Positions 1 through 9,780 of a stretch of DNA of 64,000 bases are shown in pieces. This DNA comes from an uncultured Candidatus Saccharibacteria bacterium (GTDB lineage: Bacteria; Patescibacteriota; WWE3; UBA101185; 2-01-FULL-41-18). Under the pieces are notes generated by a model. That model was not told the origin of the DNA and made no database searches. It saw only the letters and a program-made list of their open reading frames with translations. Where the stretch lies: assembly GCA_964636285.1 (NCBI GenBank), contig CAZWQF010000003.1, positions 69,226 through 133,225 of the forward strand. Direction: 5' to 3'. Position numbers and translations under genes: made by a program. How positions within the stretch are numbered: position 1 is the first letter of the stretch; the number at the start of each line of letters is the position of its first letter.

Positions 1-39
1 ATCAGGGGAGCTCTCATCAGCTTAGCTGTTTGTACACCT

Positions 40-1869
40 ATGACAGAAAGAAAAGATATAAGGAACATTGCAATAATAGCTCACGTAGACCACGGCAAGA
101 CAACGCTCGTAGATGGTCTTTTAAAGCAAACAAACGTATTCAGAGATAACCAAGCAGAAATGAATCAGGAAGCCATTCTTGATAAAAATGAGCTTGAAAG
201 AGAAAGAGGAATTACAATTTTTGCAAAAAACGTAGCTGTTCACTACAAAGACATCAAAATTAACATTATTGACACACCCGGGCACGCAGACTTTGGAGGC
301 GAGGTTGAAAGAGTTTTGAACATGGCCGACGGTGCGCTTCTTATTGTAGACGCACAAGAAGGACCAATGGCACAAACAAACTTTGTTCTTAAAAAGGCGC
401 TTGAGCTTGATCTCAAAATGATTGTTGTAGTAAACAAGATTGATAAAAGAGACGCAAGACCAGAAGAAGTTTTAAAACTAACTGAGCATTTATTCCTTGA
501 AAGAGCAACAAAAGATGAGCACCTTCATTTCCCAATCGTTTATGCAATTGGAAGAGAAGGAAGAGCATTTAACACACTTGAGGACTGGAGAGAAAATAGG
601 TCCCAGAACCTTATTCCCTTACTAGATAAAATTATTGAATACATGCCAGGACCTAAAGTTGAAGAAGACAAACCATTTAGAATGCTTGTCACATCACTTG
701 ACTGGGATAATCATCTTGGGAAACACGCAATTGGAAAAATACTTTCTGGAAAAGTTTCTCAAGGAGACGAACTTAAGCTTTTCACAGAGCACTCAATAGA
801 AAATGTAAAAGCAGAAAAGATTTTGCTTTCAGATGGACTTGGAAAAATCGAAGCAAAAGAAGCTACAGCAGGGGACATAGTCACAATTGTTGGCGCAGGT
901 AACGCAAAAATAGGTGATACCTTAGCTGCCAAATCTGTCACAGAGCCAGAGAAAAGAATCACAATTTCTGAGCCTACACTTAAAGTGACTATGGGAGCAA
1001 ATACTTCGCCATTTAATGGGCAGGATGGAAAATACGCAACCTCAAGAGTTCTTGGCGAAAGACTTTTAAAAGAGATAGAAACAAATATTGGTCTTAAAGT
1101 GGAACAAAATCCAAACGGAAACAACTATTTTGTGGCAGGAAGAGGCGAGCTCCACCTTTCGGTTTTAATTGAAACACTCAGAAGAGAAGGTATTGAGGTT
1201 GAGGTTTCAAGACCAGAAGTTATTCTTAAAGAGGTAAACGGAAAGATGTGTGAGCCTATTGAAGAAGTTTTTATTGATATCAAAGAAGAATTTATTGGAA
1301 ATGTAACTTCCGAAATGGGAGCCAGAAAAGCAAAGCTCTCTGATATGGTAAACGATGGAAATGGAGAGGTTCACCTAACATACAAAATACCAACAAAGAA
1401 CTTACTTGGATTTAGAAGCCAGTTTTTAACTCTCACAAAGGGTACGGGTGTTGTTAACTCGGCATTTAGCGGTTACGAACAGAAAGAGGAGTTTGCTCCT
1501 AAACTTAGAAATGGTGTGCTTGTGGCATCAGATAGCGGAACTGCAACATTAAACGGCCTTCAAGTTGCACAGGGTAGGGGAGTGACATACGTTGACCCGG
1601 GCACAAAAGTATATGAAGGAATGGTTGTTGGATTAAATGCTAAAAACGAAGATATAGATATAAACGTGGCAAAAGAAAAAGTTTTGACTAACGTTAGAAG
1701 CGGAAACAGTGCATACGGAATTCAGCTAACCCCTTCAAAAATCATGAGCCTTGAAGAAAGCCTTACTTTTATTCAGGACGACGAGCTTCTTGAAGTTACA
1801 CCAAAATCTTTAAGAGTAAGAAAAAGAATCTTAAATAAAAACGAAAGATACAGATCCCACAAAAACTAA
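40..1869 (+). CDS. typA: Translational GTPase TypA/BipA
   Basis: [48 protein letters not shown] and C-terminal [16 protein letters not shown] motifs. Confidence 0.97.
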   Translation: MTERKDIRNIAIIAHVDHGKTTLVDGLLKQTNVFRDNQAEMNQEAILDKNELERERGITIFAKNVAVHYKDIKINIIDTPGHADFGGEVERVLNMADGALLIVDAQEGPMAQTNFVLKKALELDLKMIVVVNKIDKRDARPEEVLKLTEHLFLERATKDEHLHFPIVYAIGREGRAFNTLEDWRENRSQNLIPLLDKIIEYMPGPKVEEDKPFRMLVTSLDWDNHLGKHAIGKILSGKVSQGDELKLFTEHSIENVKAEKILLSDGLGKIEAKEATAGDIVTIVGAGNAKIGDTLAAKSVTEPEKRITISEPTLKVTMGANTSPFNGQDGKYATSRVLGERLLKEIETNIGLKVEQNPNGNNYFVAGRGELHLSVLIETLRREGIEVEVSRPEVILKEVNGKMCEPIEEVFIDIKEEFIGNVTSEMGARKAKLSDMVNDGNGEVHLTYKIPTKNLLGFRSQFLTLTKGTGVVNSAFSGYEQKEEFAPKLRNGVLVASDSGTATLNGLQVAQGRGVTYVDPGTKVYEGMVVGLNAKNEDIDINVAKEKVLTNVRSGNSAYGIQLTPSKIMSLEESLTFIQDDELLEVTPKSLRVRKRILNKNERYRSHKN

Positions 1870-1890
1870 AAGGGCCGTGAAAGCTGAAAT

Positions 1891-2490
1891 TTATTGCTTT
1901 GCACGACCCCATCTCCTCTTTGGAGCTTTGTACAGTGATTTATTGCCTACTTTTGCTCTAACAGAAGCTAGAGAACTGCTCACTTTACGTTGCTTACGCT
2001 TCTTTGGCTTTGGCTCAAAGTCAATGTGCATAACCATCTCATGAATCCAGTTTTCACGAGCGGTTTTATCCGAACTCTCCCACATCACAAAGTAATAACC
2101 CCTTTTAACAACTTCGTAATGAGTGACAGAGTTGAGCCTTAGCCAATTCTCACTTGCAAGGTAAAGTGTAGAAATGCCTCCCAGCTTCTTTTTAAGCGAA
2201 TCCAAGGGAATGGATTCGTGGACTACAACCACGGCCAAATTTGACACTGTTTTATCTGCGCGATCAACCTGGCGCAAAAAAGCAATGTAATCCTGTGTAG
2301 CAGTCACACAGATTCCATAGTCCTGAAAGAGCTTCACAAGCCCCACAAGCATTTTTCTTACACGAGCATATATAAAGATATGGGATACATGCTGATCCGT
2401 TCGAGCGTGGTCAAGACCAAGAAAAGGCATTCGACCATTCCTTTCGCATTGAGTTGAGTTGTGAAAATGATGAAATGAAGAGTACCACAT
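1891..2490 (-). CDS. Hypothetical protein with basic C-terminal tail
   Basis: 199-aa ORF filling the typA-thrS gap; no recognised motif. Confidence 0.55.
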   Translation of the reverse strand: MWYSSFHHFHNSTQCERNGRMPFLGLDHARTDQHVSHIFIYARVRKMLVGLVKLFQDYGICVTATQDYIAFLRQVDRADKTVSNLAVVVVHESIPLDSLKKKLGGISTLYLASENWLRLNSVTHYEVVKRGYYFVMWESSDKTARENWIHEMVMHIDFEPKPKKRKQRKVSSSLASVRAKVGNKSLYKAPKRRWGRAKQ

Positions 2491-2659
2491 TTTCTGTTGA
2501 CCTCAAATAAGCTTTGAACTAGAATGCCTTTAATGGACGGTCAAAAACCACATTTTCTTACAACTTCAAAAGCCACAACTACAACCCCTTAGGGGTTAAT
2601 TAGCTTGTATTTAAAACATAATAGTATTAATTTAAGGACAGTAAGATTTAAAGGAATTT

Positions 2660-4465
2660 ATGAAGAAAAAAGTAAATAAAGGGCTAAGTCACGAACAAAA
2701 ACACGATGACCTTTATAAAATGAGGCACTCGTGCGAGCACCTATTACATCAAGCAGTAGTAGATTTATTCCCAAAAGCAAAAAGAGCTATGGGGCCAGCA
2801 ACCGAGGACGGTTTTTACTGCGATTTTGATTTTGATGGGGATCTCTCAGAAAAAGACTTTGAAAAACTAGAAAATCGAATGAGAGAGCTAGCAAAGCTTA
2901 ACCTTCCTATCACCCGGAAAGAAGTTTCCCCAGAGGAAGCAAGAAAGCTATTTGAAGGCAACGAATACAAAAATGAGTGGATCGACCAAGCTGTAGAGAA
3001 GAAAGAAAAGATTACGGTTTACTGGACTGGAGAAGAAGGACAGAAAAATTCGGATGTGGATCTTTGCGCAGGTCCTCATGTTGAGTCAACAGGAGAAGTA
3101 GGACCTTTTAAACTTCTAAGCGTGGCTGGAGCCTATTGGCATGGCAATGAGAAAAACAAAATGCTTAAAAGAATTTACGGGACTGCATTTTTCACGCAAG
3201 AGGAGCTTGATTCGCATTTAAGTATGCTTGAGGAAGCTAAAAAAAGAGATCACAGAAAAATTGGTATTGATCTTGGGCTGTTTTCATTTGCTGATCCTGT
3301 AGGTCCTGGGCTTCCATTGTGGTCACCAAAGGGAGCAATAATTAGAGAAGAGCTTGAAAACTGGGCAAAAGAGACTGAAAGAAGGCTTGGTTACCAGAGA
3401 GTTGTGACGCCTCACATTGCAAAACACACTCTGTTTGAGATTTCGGGGCATCTGCCGTACTACAAAGATGACATGTACGCACCAATGGACATTGATGGAG
3501 AGGAGTACTACTTAAAAGCAATGAACTGTCCTCATCACCACATGATATACAAGTCAAAACCAAGATCGTACAGGGAACTCCCTATGAGGTACGCAGAATA
3601 TGGAACTGTATATAGAAATGAGCAGTCGGGGTCATTATTTGGCCTTATGAGAGTTAGAAGTATCTGCCAAAACGATGCCCACATCTACTGCACTCTAGAA
3701 CAAGCAGAAGAGGAGTTTCTGAACGTTCTTAAATTACATGAATTCTATTACGATAGGCTTGGGATCAAAAGAGAGGACTACTACATAAAACTTGCCCTTC
3801 CAGATGAATCAAAAAGGGATAAGTACCATGGCGATAGAGAAATGTGGGATACAGCCGAGAAAATTATGAGAACTGCAGTAGTTAAGTCCGGTATCAGATA
3901 CGAAGAAGACCCAGGAGGAGCAGCATTCTACGGACCAAAGATAGACCTTAATATTAGGTCGGTTACAGGTAGAGAGTTTGGAGCTTCTACAAACCAGCTA
4001 GATCTATATATGCCAACAAGATTTGACCTGAAATACACTGACAAAGACGGCTCCGAAAAACTTTGCGCTGTCATTCACAGGGCACCGCTTGGATCACATG
4101 AGAGATTTATAGGATTTTTGATCGAACATTTTGCGGGAGCTTTTCCGGTTTGGCTTTCGCCCGTACAAGTTTCTATTATCCCAATATCTGAGAGTCAGGT
4201 AGAGTTTGCCCACAAGCTCAAAGATAAGATGTTTGAGCAGGGTTTAAGAGTTGAGGTTGACGACAGAGATGAGAAAATGCAAGCTAAGATCAGGGATGCC
4301 CAGATAAATAAGGTTCCATACATGTTTATAGTAGGTAAAAGAGAAGTTGAAGCGAATTCAGTAAGTATTAGGGTCAGAGACGGTAGAGACCTTGGGGCAG
4401 TAAGCGTGGAAAATGCTATAAAAATGGTAGAGGATAAATATAGCTCAAGATGCCTTGATTTATAG
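2660..4465 (+). CDS. thrS: Threonine--tRNA ligase (no N-terminal TGS domain)
   Basis: RHSCEH, DLCAGPH editing motifs; RDHRKIG; MNCPHH; HRAPLGSHERF; anticodon-binding C-terminus. Confidence 0.97.
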   Translation: MKKKVNKGLSHEQKHDDLYKMRHSCEHLLHQAVVDLFPKAKRAMGPATEDGFYCDFDFDGDLSEKDFEKLENRMRELAKLNLPITRKEVSPEEARKLFEGNEYKNEWIDQAVEKKEKITVYWTGEEGQKNSDVDLCAGPHVESTGEVGPFKLLSVAGAYWHGNEKNKMLKRIYGTAFFTQEELDSHLSMLEEAKKRDHRKIGIDLGLFSFADPVGPGLPLWSPKGAIIREELENWAKETERRLGYQRVVTPHIAKHTLFEISGHLPYYKDDMYAPMDIDGEEYYLKAMNCPHHHMIYKSKPRSYRELPMRYAEYGTVYRNEQSGSLFGLMRVRSICQNDAHIYCTLEQAEEEFLNVLKLHEFYYDRLGIKREDYYIKLALPDESKRDKYHGDREMWDTAEKIMRTAVVKSGIRYEEDPGGAAFYGPKIDLNIRSVTGREFGASTNQLDLYMPTRFDLKYTDKDGSEKLCAVIHRAPLGSHERFIGFLIEHFAGAFPVWLSPVQVSIIPISESQVEFAHKLKDKMFEQGLRVEVDDRDEKMQAKIRDAQINKVPYMFIVGKREVEANSVSIRVRDGRDLGAVSVENAIKMVEDKYSSRCLDL

Positions 4466-4502
4466 GGCTTTGTGTGATAACTTAGCAAGGTAAGTTTTAC
4501 TG

Positions 4503-5018
4503 ATGGCAGACGATAGAAGGTACAAAATCAACGAACGAATATTCTCACAGCAACTTAGAGTTATTAACTCCAAGGGTGAAAATATTGGAGTCATTACAAA
4601 GCTTGAGGCTTTGCAAATGGCAAGAGCAGAAAAGCTTGATTTGGTTGAGATTTCGCCTAAAGCTGTTCCTCCGGTAGCAAAGATTCTTGATTTCAAGAAA
4701 TTCTTGTACGAAGAGAGAAAAAAGAACTCGGCTGCTAAAGCTAAGTCAAAGCAAGTAGAACTTAAAGAATTTAAGTTTGGCCCTAACATTGGAGAAAACG
4801 ATCTTACTATCAGAATTGATAGAGCAAGACAGTTTTTAACGGATAGAGACAAAGTTAAGTTCACCGTCAACTTTAAAGGAAGGGAAGCGGCATACCCACA
4901 GCTTGGATGGGAAAAGATCAACAGAGTTGTTGAGGTTTTGTCAGATATTGCAAAACCTGAAGAACCTGCGAGAATGATTAACCCAAAGACAATAGTGGTC
5001 ATGCTAATGCCAAGATAA
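4503..5018 (+). CDS. infC: Translation initiation factor IF-3
   Basis: INERI...LDLVEISPKAVPPVAKILD, FKGRE; thrS-infC-rpmI-rplT order. Confidence 0.96.
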   Translation: MADDRRYKINERIFSQQLRVINSKGENIGVITKLEALQMARAEKLDLVEISPKAVPPVAKILDFKKFLYEERKKNSAAKAKSKQVELKEFKFGPNIGENDLTIRIDRARQFLTDRDKVKFTVNFKGREAAYPQLGWEKINRVVEVLSDIAKPEEPARMINPKTIVVMLMPR

Positions 5019-5020
5019 TT

Positions 5021-5218
5021 ATGGGAAAGCTTAAAACAAAGAAAACATTAGTAAAAAGAATTAAAATTACCGGAAGCGGTAAAATAATGAGGAAAAAAAT
5101 AAGCAGAGGCCATTTAAAAGTTAAATGGAGCTCAAGTTTGAGGCATAAAAAGGGTAGGTCTCAGGAAGTGTCAAGCACACACACTAAGTCGCTCAGAGCT
5201 ATGCTTCCAAAGAGTTAA
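5021..5218 (+). CDS. rpmI: 50S ribosomal protein L35
   Basis: KLKTKK..KRIKITGSGKI; synteny. Confidence 0.93.
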   Translation: MGKLKTKKTLVKRIKITGSGKIMRKKISRGHLKVKWSSSLRHKKGRSQEVSSTHTKSLRAMLPKS

Positions 5219-5233
5219 ATTTAAAGGAAATTT

Positions 5234-5581
5234 ATGACAAGAGTCAAAGGTGGAGTAAGAACAAGAAGGAGACATAATAAAATTAAAGCCCTTGCTAAGG
5301 GATATAGAGGATCTAGAAATAGGCTTTACAAAAAGGCCGCGGATTCCGTACTTAAAGCAGGAGAATACGCATTCGCAGGAAGAAGACAAAGAAGAAGAGA
5401 TATTAAAACACTTTGGATTGTCAGAATTAATGCTGCACTTAAACCATTCGAGATAAGCTACAGCAGATTTATAAAAATGCTCAAGGATAGAAATATTGAA
5501 CTTGATAGAAAGATCCTTGCAGACATGGCAACAACAAACCCTGAGGCATTTAAGACCATAGTTGAGAAAGCCAGGGGCTAA
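5234..5581 (+). CDS. rplT: 50S ribosomal protein L20
   Basis: MTRVKGG, AKGYRG, LWIVRINAA, LDRKILADMA. Confidence 0.97.
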   Translation: MTRVKGGVRTRRRHNKIKALAKGYRGSRNRLYKKAADSVLKAGEYAFAGRRQRRRDIKTLWIVRINAALKPFEISYSRFIKMLKDRNIELDRKILADMATTNPEAFKTIVEKARG

Positions 5582-5601
5582 GTTATTAGCTTGACTTAAC
5601 T

Positions 5602-5629
5602 AAACCCTGGCACACAGCCAGGGTTTTTT
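5602..5629 (+). terminator. Intrinsic terminator after rplT
   Basis: AAACCCTGGC-ACACA-GCCAGGGTTT followed by T-run. Confidence 0.8.
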
Positions 5630-5654
5630 GGTTTAATGGTAGTGTCAGGAATTT

Positions 5655-6659
5655 ATGGACCATATTTTAGATAACTTAAATATTGAGCTGCAGTCTGCAA
5701 ACGACCTCAAAAGTATAAACGAGGTCTATCTCAAATTCTTGGGAGGAAAGAACAGTGAAATCAGCAAACTAACCCAGCTAATCTCTACAGCCACAAAAGA
5801 AGAAAAAGGCGAACTTGGTAAAAAGTTCAACCAGGTTAAAGGTAAAGTTGAAGCCCTCATCGAAGACAAGAAAAGAGCTATTTTGGCTAGTTCAGACTCG
5901 GCGGGAGACTGGTTTGATGTGACGATGCCCGTCAAATTACCCCTTGTAGGCCGTTTAAGCCCCGATACTGAGGTTATTAGGCAAATGAATGAGTACTTTA
6001 TTAGAAATGGGTTTTCAATTGCTGAGGGGCCAGATATAGAGCTTGATCTTTTTAATTTTGAAAAAACAAATCTTCCAAAGGATCACCCAGCAAGGGACCT
6101 TCAGGACACAATCTATATTGAAGGGCCTGAAATTCTCTTAAGAACTCACACATCAAGCGTAGAAACTAGAATTCTTTCAGGTGCAGAGCCTCCATACAGA
6201 TTTGTAGTCCCAGGAGTTTCTTTTAGAAACGAAATAGTCAGCCCAAGTAACCATGCTGTATTTCAGCAGTACCAAGGTGTTGTGGTTGATAAGGGAATTA
6301 GTATGGCAAACCTTAAAGCAACGCTTGAAGGCTTTGCAAAACACCTTTATGGGGATGACATACAAACAAGATTTAGAACCAAATTCTATCCCGAAGTAGA
6401 GCCCGGAGCTGGCCTTGATATTCTATGTACATTTTGCCATGGTGAAGGTTGTAGAGTATGCAAAGAAAGAGGCTGGATTGAAATACTTGGAAGCGGAATG
6501 ATTCATAGAAATCTCCTAGAAAAATGCGGAATTGACTACAACGAATGGTCAGGATTTGCATTTGGCATGGGACTAAGCAGAATTATCATGACTAAAGCAG
6601 GTATTAATGATATTAGAGAACTCCACGGAGGAAAACTTGTGTATGAAGATTCCATATAA
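5655..6659 (+). CDS. pheS: Phenylalanine--tRNA ligase alpha subunit
   Basis: HPARDLQDT, LLRTHTS, FYPEVEP, GFAFGMG. Confidence 0.96.
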   Translation: MDHILDNLNIELQSANDLKSINEVYLKFLGGKNSEISKLTQLISTATKEEKGELGKKFNQVKGKVEALIEDKKRAILASSDSAGDWFDVTMPVKLPLVGRLSPDTEVIRQMNEYFIRNGFSIAEGPDIELDLFNFEKTNLPKDHPARDLQDTIYIEGPEILLRTHTSSVETRILSGAEPPYRFVVPGVSFRNEIVSPSNHAVFQQYQGVVVDKGISMANLKATLEGFAKHLYGDDIQTRFRTKFYPEVEPGAGLDILCTFCHGEGCRVCKERGWIEILGSGMIHRNLLEKCGIDYNEWSGFAFGMGLSRIIMTKAGINDIRELHGGKLVYEDSI

Positions 6660-8655
6660 CTGGCTTAAAGAATACTTAAAACCTGAAGCTCTAAATAATA
6701 TTACTGCAAAAGAAGTTGCAGGAAGACTAACTATGATAGGGCATGCCCTTGATAAACCGATTTTTGAACAGGGCGGTGACGTTGTTATGGATCTTGAAGA
6801 CAGGGGGAATAGAGCAGATGTTACAGGCATTCTTGGCATTGCAAGAGACTTGTCTGCGGTACTTGAAGCAGAATGCAAGGAACCTGAAGAAGGTGTTTTA
6901 CCATCAACAAACAACCAGTCGTTTCCAATTAAAATTAGCGTAGAGTCAAAAAGGGTAATTAGATGGAGAGCAGTAAGTTATAAAAATATAGTAATAGGCG
7001 AGTCCCCTGAGTGGATTAAAAACAGACTTCTATCCTTTGGAATCGAACCAAAAAATAATGTTGTGGACATAACAAATTTTGTGATGGTTGAGACTGGGAT
7101 GCCATCACATGCGTTTGATGCTGACAAGTTTGATGAGATTGTTTTAAGGCAAGCAAAAAAAGGCGAAACACTAAAAACTTTTGACGGAGGAATTCTTGAA
7201 TTTGATGAAAATGATTTACTTGCTGCAAGTTCAACAAAGCCATTAACTCTTACAACTGCGGTTGGAGGAGAAGAAAGTGGCATTTCTTATTCGACAAAAA
7301 ACATTCTTATAGAGGCGGGGCTTTATGATCAGCCTACAGCCAGAAGATCTGCATTAAGATTAAATGTAAGAAACGAGACATCCGGAAGGCTTGGAAAATA
7401 CTTACATCCAGAGCTTTGTGAGCTAGCGATTAAAAGAATTGTTTACTTAATGAAAGAACTACTAGACGCAGAGCCTGAAAATGTAAGCTTTGATTATTAC
7501 CCAGTTCCATACAAACCTGTAAGCGTTAAATTAACTCAAAAAAGGCTTGATATGTTTGCTGGAAGCCACGTCTCATTAAATGAAGCGGAAAAGATACTTG
7601 AAAGACTTGGATTTTTAATCGAAGGGAACATAGATGGAGAACTCACCGCGCAGGTTCCATATTTTAGAACTGATGTAACTATGGAAGATGACGTGATTGA
7701 GGAGGTTTTGAGGATTAGAGGGTATGACAAAATCCCTTCGAATATGATAAGTAACCCTGCTCCAAAAAAACTTATTTTCAACGAAATGGAGCTTGAGGAT
7801 ACTATCAAAGATCTTGCAACAAGACTTGGATTTGTTGAGGTAATTAGCCTTCAAATGGTTGACGTTGACGAAGCCAAAATTATTAAGGCCGTGGATGAAA
7901 ATGGATTTGTTGAGAATAAATTTGATGGAAAGAGGGAAGTGGTTAGGCTTGAGAATTCGTGGAATAAGGAGCTTAACATTTTAAGGACCTCAATTTTTGA
8001 ATCGATGTATGGCTATGTTGTTTCGTATAAAAAGCATCATGTTGAAAAAATTAAGCTAATAGAGACAGGGAAAGTGTATTTTAAAAATTCGGAGAAAACT
8101 GGGTTTGAAAAATACGAAGAAGTCAGAAGAGTGGGACTTTTAAGTAGCCTCTCATTTTTGGAACTTAAGGCAGAAGTGGAAAGATTATTACTAGAGCTTG
8201 GGGTGCCTGATATAAAAATGAAAAGAGGGAATTACTACTTGTTTAAGGGAGCTCTAAACGCTGAAGTTTATTCAGGGGGCGAGTTCATTGGCATAATCGG
8301 CGAAGTTAAAGAGAGTATTGTTAACGATTTAAAAATTGGGACTAGAGTGAGTTATTGCGAGCTAAGCACAAGCCTGCTCTCAAAACTAAGAGATCAAAAA
8401 TACCAGCCTAAGCCTAAGACGCAACTAGAAAATGCAATACTTGAAGATTTTACATTTGAGTGTGCAAAAGAAAGTTTTGTAGGCGAAGTCATAGAAAACA
8501 TATCCCAGAAAATGCCAAAAGGGGTTAGTGTTAAATTTAAAGATTTGTTTATTCCGGAGAACATGGGAGCGAATAAAAAACTTACTATAACGGTTAAAAC
8601 ACCCGACGAACATCTTAAAACTGTGAGAGATGTACTAAATAATTATAGGATGTGA
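6643..8655 (+). CDS. pheT: Phenylalanine--tRNA ligase beta subunit (lacks B2 OB-fold)
   Basis: MKIPYNWLKEY start (ATG 6643), NRAD, NNVVDITNFVM, VPYFRTDV...DVIEEVLRIRGYD. Confidence 0.93.
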   Translation: MKIPYNWLKEYLKPEALNNITAKEVAGRLTMIGHALDKPIFEQGGDVVMDLEDRGNRADVTGILGIARDLSAVLEAECKEPEEGVLPSTNNQSFPIKISVESKRVIRWRAVSYKNIVIGESPEWIKNRLLSFGIEPKNNVVDITNFVMVETGMPSHAFDADKFDEIVLRQAKKGETLKTFDGGILEFDENDLLAASSTKPLTLTTAVGGEESGISYSTKNILIEAGLYDQPTARRSALRLNVRNETSGRLGKYLHPELCELAIKRIVYLMKELLDAEPENVSFDYYPVPYKPVSVKLTQKRLDMFAGSHVSLNEAEKILERLGFLIEGNIDGELTAQVPYFRTDVTMEDDVIEEVLRIRGYDKIPSNMISNPAPKKLIFNEMELEDTIKDLATRLGFVEVISLQMVDVDEAKIIKAVDENGFVENKFDGKREVVRLENSWNKELNILRTSIFESMYGYVVSYKKHHVEKIKLIETGKVYFKNSEKTGFEKYEEVRRVGLLSSLSFLELKAEVERLLLELGVPDIKMKRGNYYLFKGALNAEVYSGGEFIGIIGEVKESIVNDLKIGTRVSYCELSTSLLSKLRDQKYQPKPKTQLENAILEDFTFECAKESFVGEVIENISQKMPKGVSVKFKDLFIPENMGANKKLTITVKTPDEHLKTVRDVLNNYRM

Positions 8656-8732
8656 TCAAATTGTCCTCAAAAAGAATTTCTGCTAGCATAAAGCAATCCA
8701 CAAAATCACAAAGGAAAGGTAGAAGAAAAAGC

Positions 8733-9551
8733 ATGGCTACGACGACGGGCACAACTGGCGCAGTGACGCCTAAAAACCAGGTGTCCGGGCGTTTTGCCTG
8801 GGTACGCTGGATGGTAGGGAGCGTTGTTTGGGATGCGATTGCCAGTGTCATACTGACCTGGTTCCCTGCTGTAGGGCCAGTAGTTAAACTGCTGATTTAC
8901 ACCCCAACAGGAGCATCGTTTCTGTGGGCTGTAGAAAACGGGCTAGGCGTTGGAACTGCCTACATCTTGTTTGGACTGCTCGTGACAGTGGCTAACGGAA
9001 TTGCAGGAATTCTGTTTCTGGGCCAAATCCCGCAAAACCCACTTCTGGCGATTGCTGGATCAGTTCTTGGGATTCTTGCGATTCTGCTCAGCTCAAAGAT
9101 CAGAGCGAGTGAGGATTCCAAACCTAATGCAACAGCACTAGGGGTTGTAGGGCTAGCCGTGCTAGTCGCCTGGGCATCCATGAAAATGGTTGCTGATGGG
9201 AGTATTACAGGAGCCTTGTTTGCTGCGGTAGCCACAGGACTCTGGGATATTTCAGCCACACCTATCTCACAGTTCCTTGAATCTGTTTTTCAGGCAAAAA
9301 ACAGCAACGCTCGCAAGTTGGTAATTCGATTTGCTAGCTTCATTCCAACGAGCTTTATGTATGCGTTGGTACTGGAGCAGAGTAAGGGGCTACTAGACAC
9401 AGCGATCATGGTTGGGGTAACAAGTGCGGCGCTTGCGCCAATCATGGAAGCTTTGATCTACGGAGGCAGAAAGTCAAAGGACTACATCACGTTGCCTCTG
9501 GTTGTGATGCTTGGTGCTGGTGCAGTTTGGCTAATGAAAATGGCTTTCTAG
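8733..9551 (+). CDS. Multi-pass membrane protein of unknown function
   Basis: Many hydrophobic segments; GGAAAGG-like SD upstream of ATG 8733; upstream TTGTCC-17-TAGCAT promoter-like element. Confidence 0.7.
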   Translation: MATTTGTTGAVTPKNQVSGRFAWVRWMVGSVVWDAIASVILTWFPAVGPVVKLLIYTPTGASFLWAVENGLGVGTAYILFGLLVTVANGIAGILFLGQIPQNPLLAIAGSVLGILAILLSSKIRASEDSKPNATALGVVGLAVLVAWASMKMVADGSITGALFAAVATGLWDISATPISQFLESVFQAKNSNARKLVIRFASFIPTSFMYALVLEQSKGLLDTAIMVGVTSAALAPIMEALIYGGRKSKDYITLPLVVMLGAGAVWLMKMAF

Positions 9552-9656
9552 CCATTCTTGCTGCCGGCCAAGAAATGACCAGGACAGGAAAGGAATTGCA
9601 TAAACCCAGGCCGGGTTGTTGAAAAATAACCCGGTCTATGATTATAATATTTTACT

Positions 9657-9758
9657 ATGAATCTTGGACCATACGCTGGTTATTTTTATTTTGCTGTTCT
9701 AGGACTAGTCTTTATTTTCTTACTGTTATATTTAACTGGAGTAATAAAACTTTTCTAA
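9657..9758 (+). CDS. 33-aa single-TM small protein (not in ORF track)
   Basis: MNLGPYAGYFYFAVLGLVFIFLLLYLTGVIKLF; TTGAAA-18-TATAAT ending 8 nt upstream of the ATG. Confidence 0.55.
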   Translation: MNLGPYAGYFYFAVLGLVFIFLLLYLTGVIKLF

Positions 9759-9780
9759 AAAGCAGTAATTTTTTGGAGAA

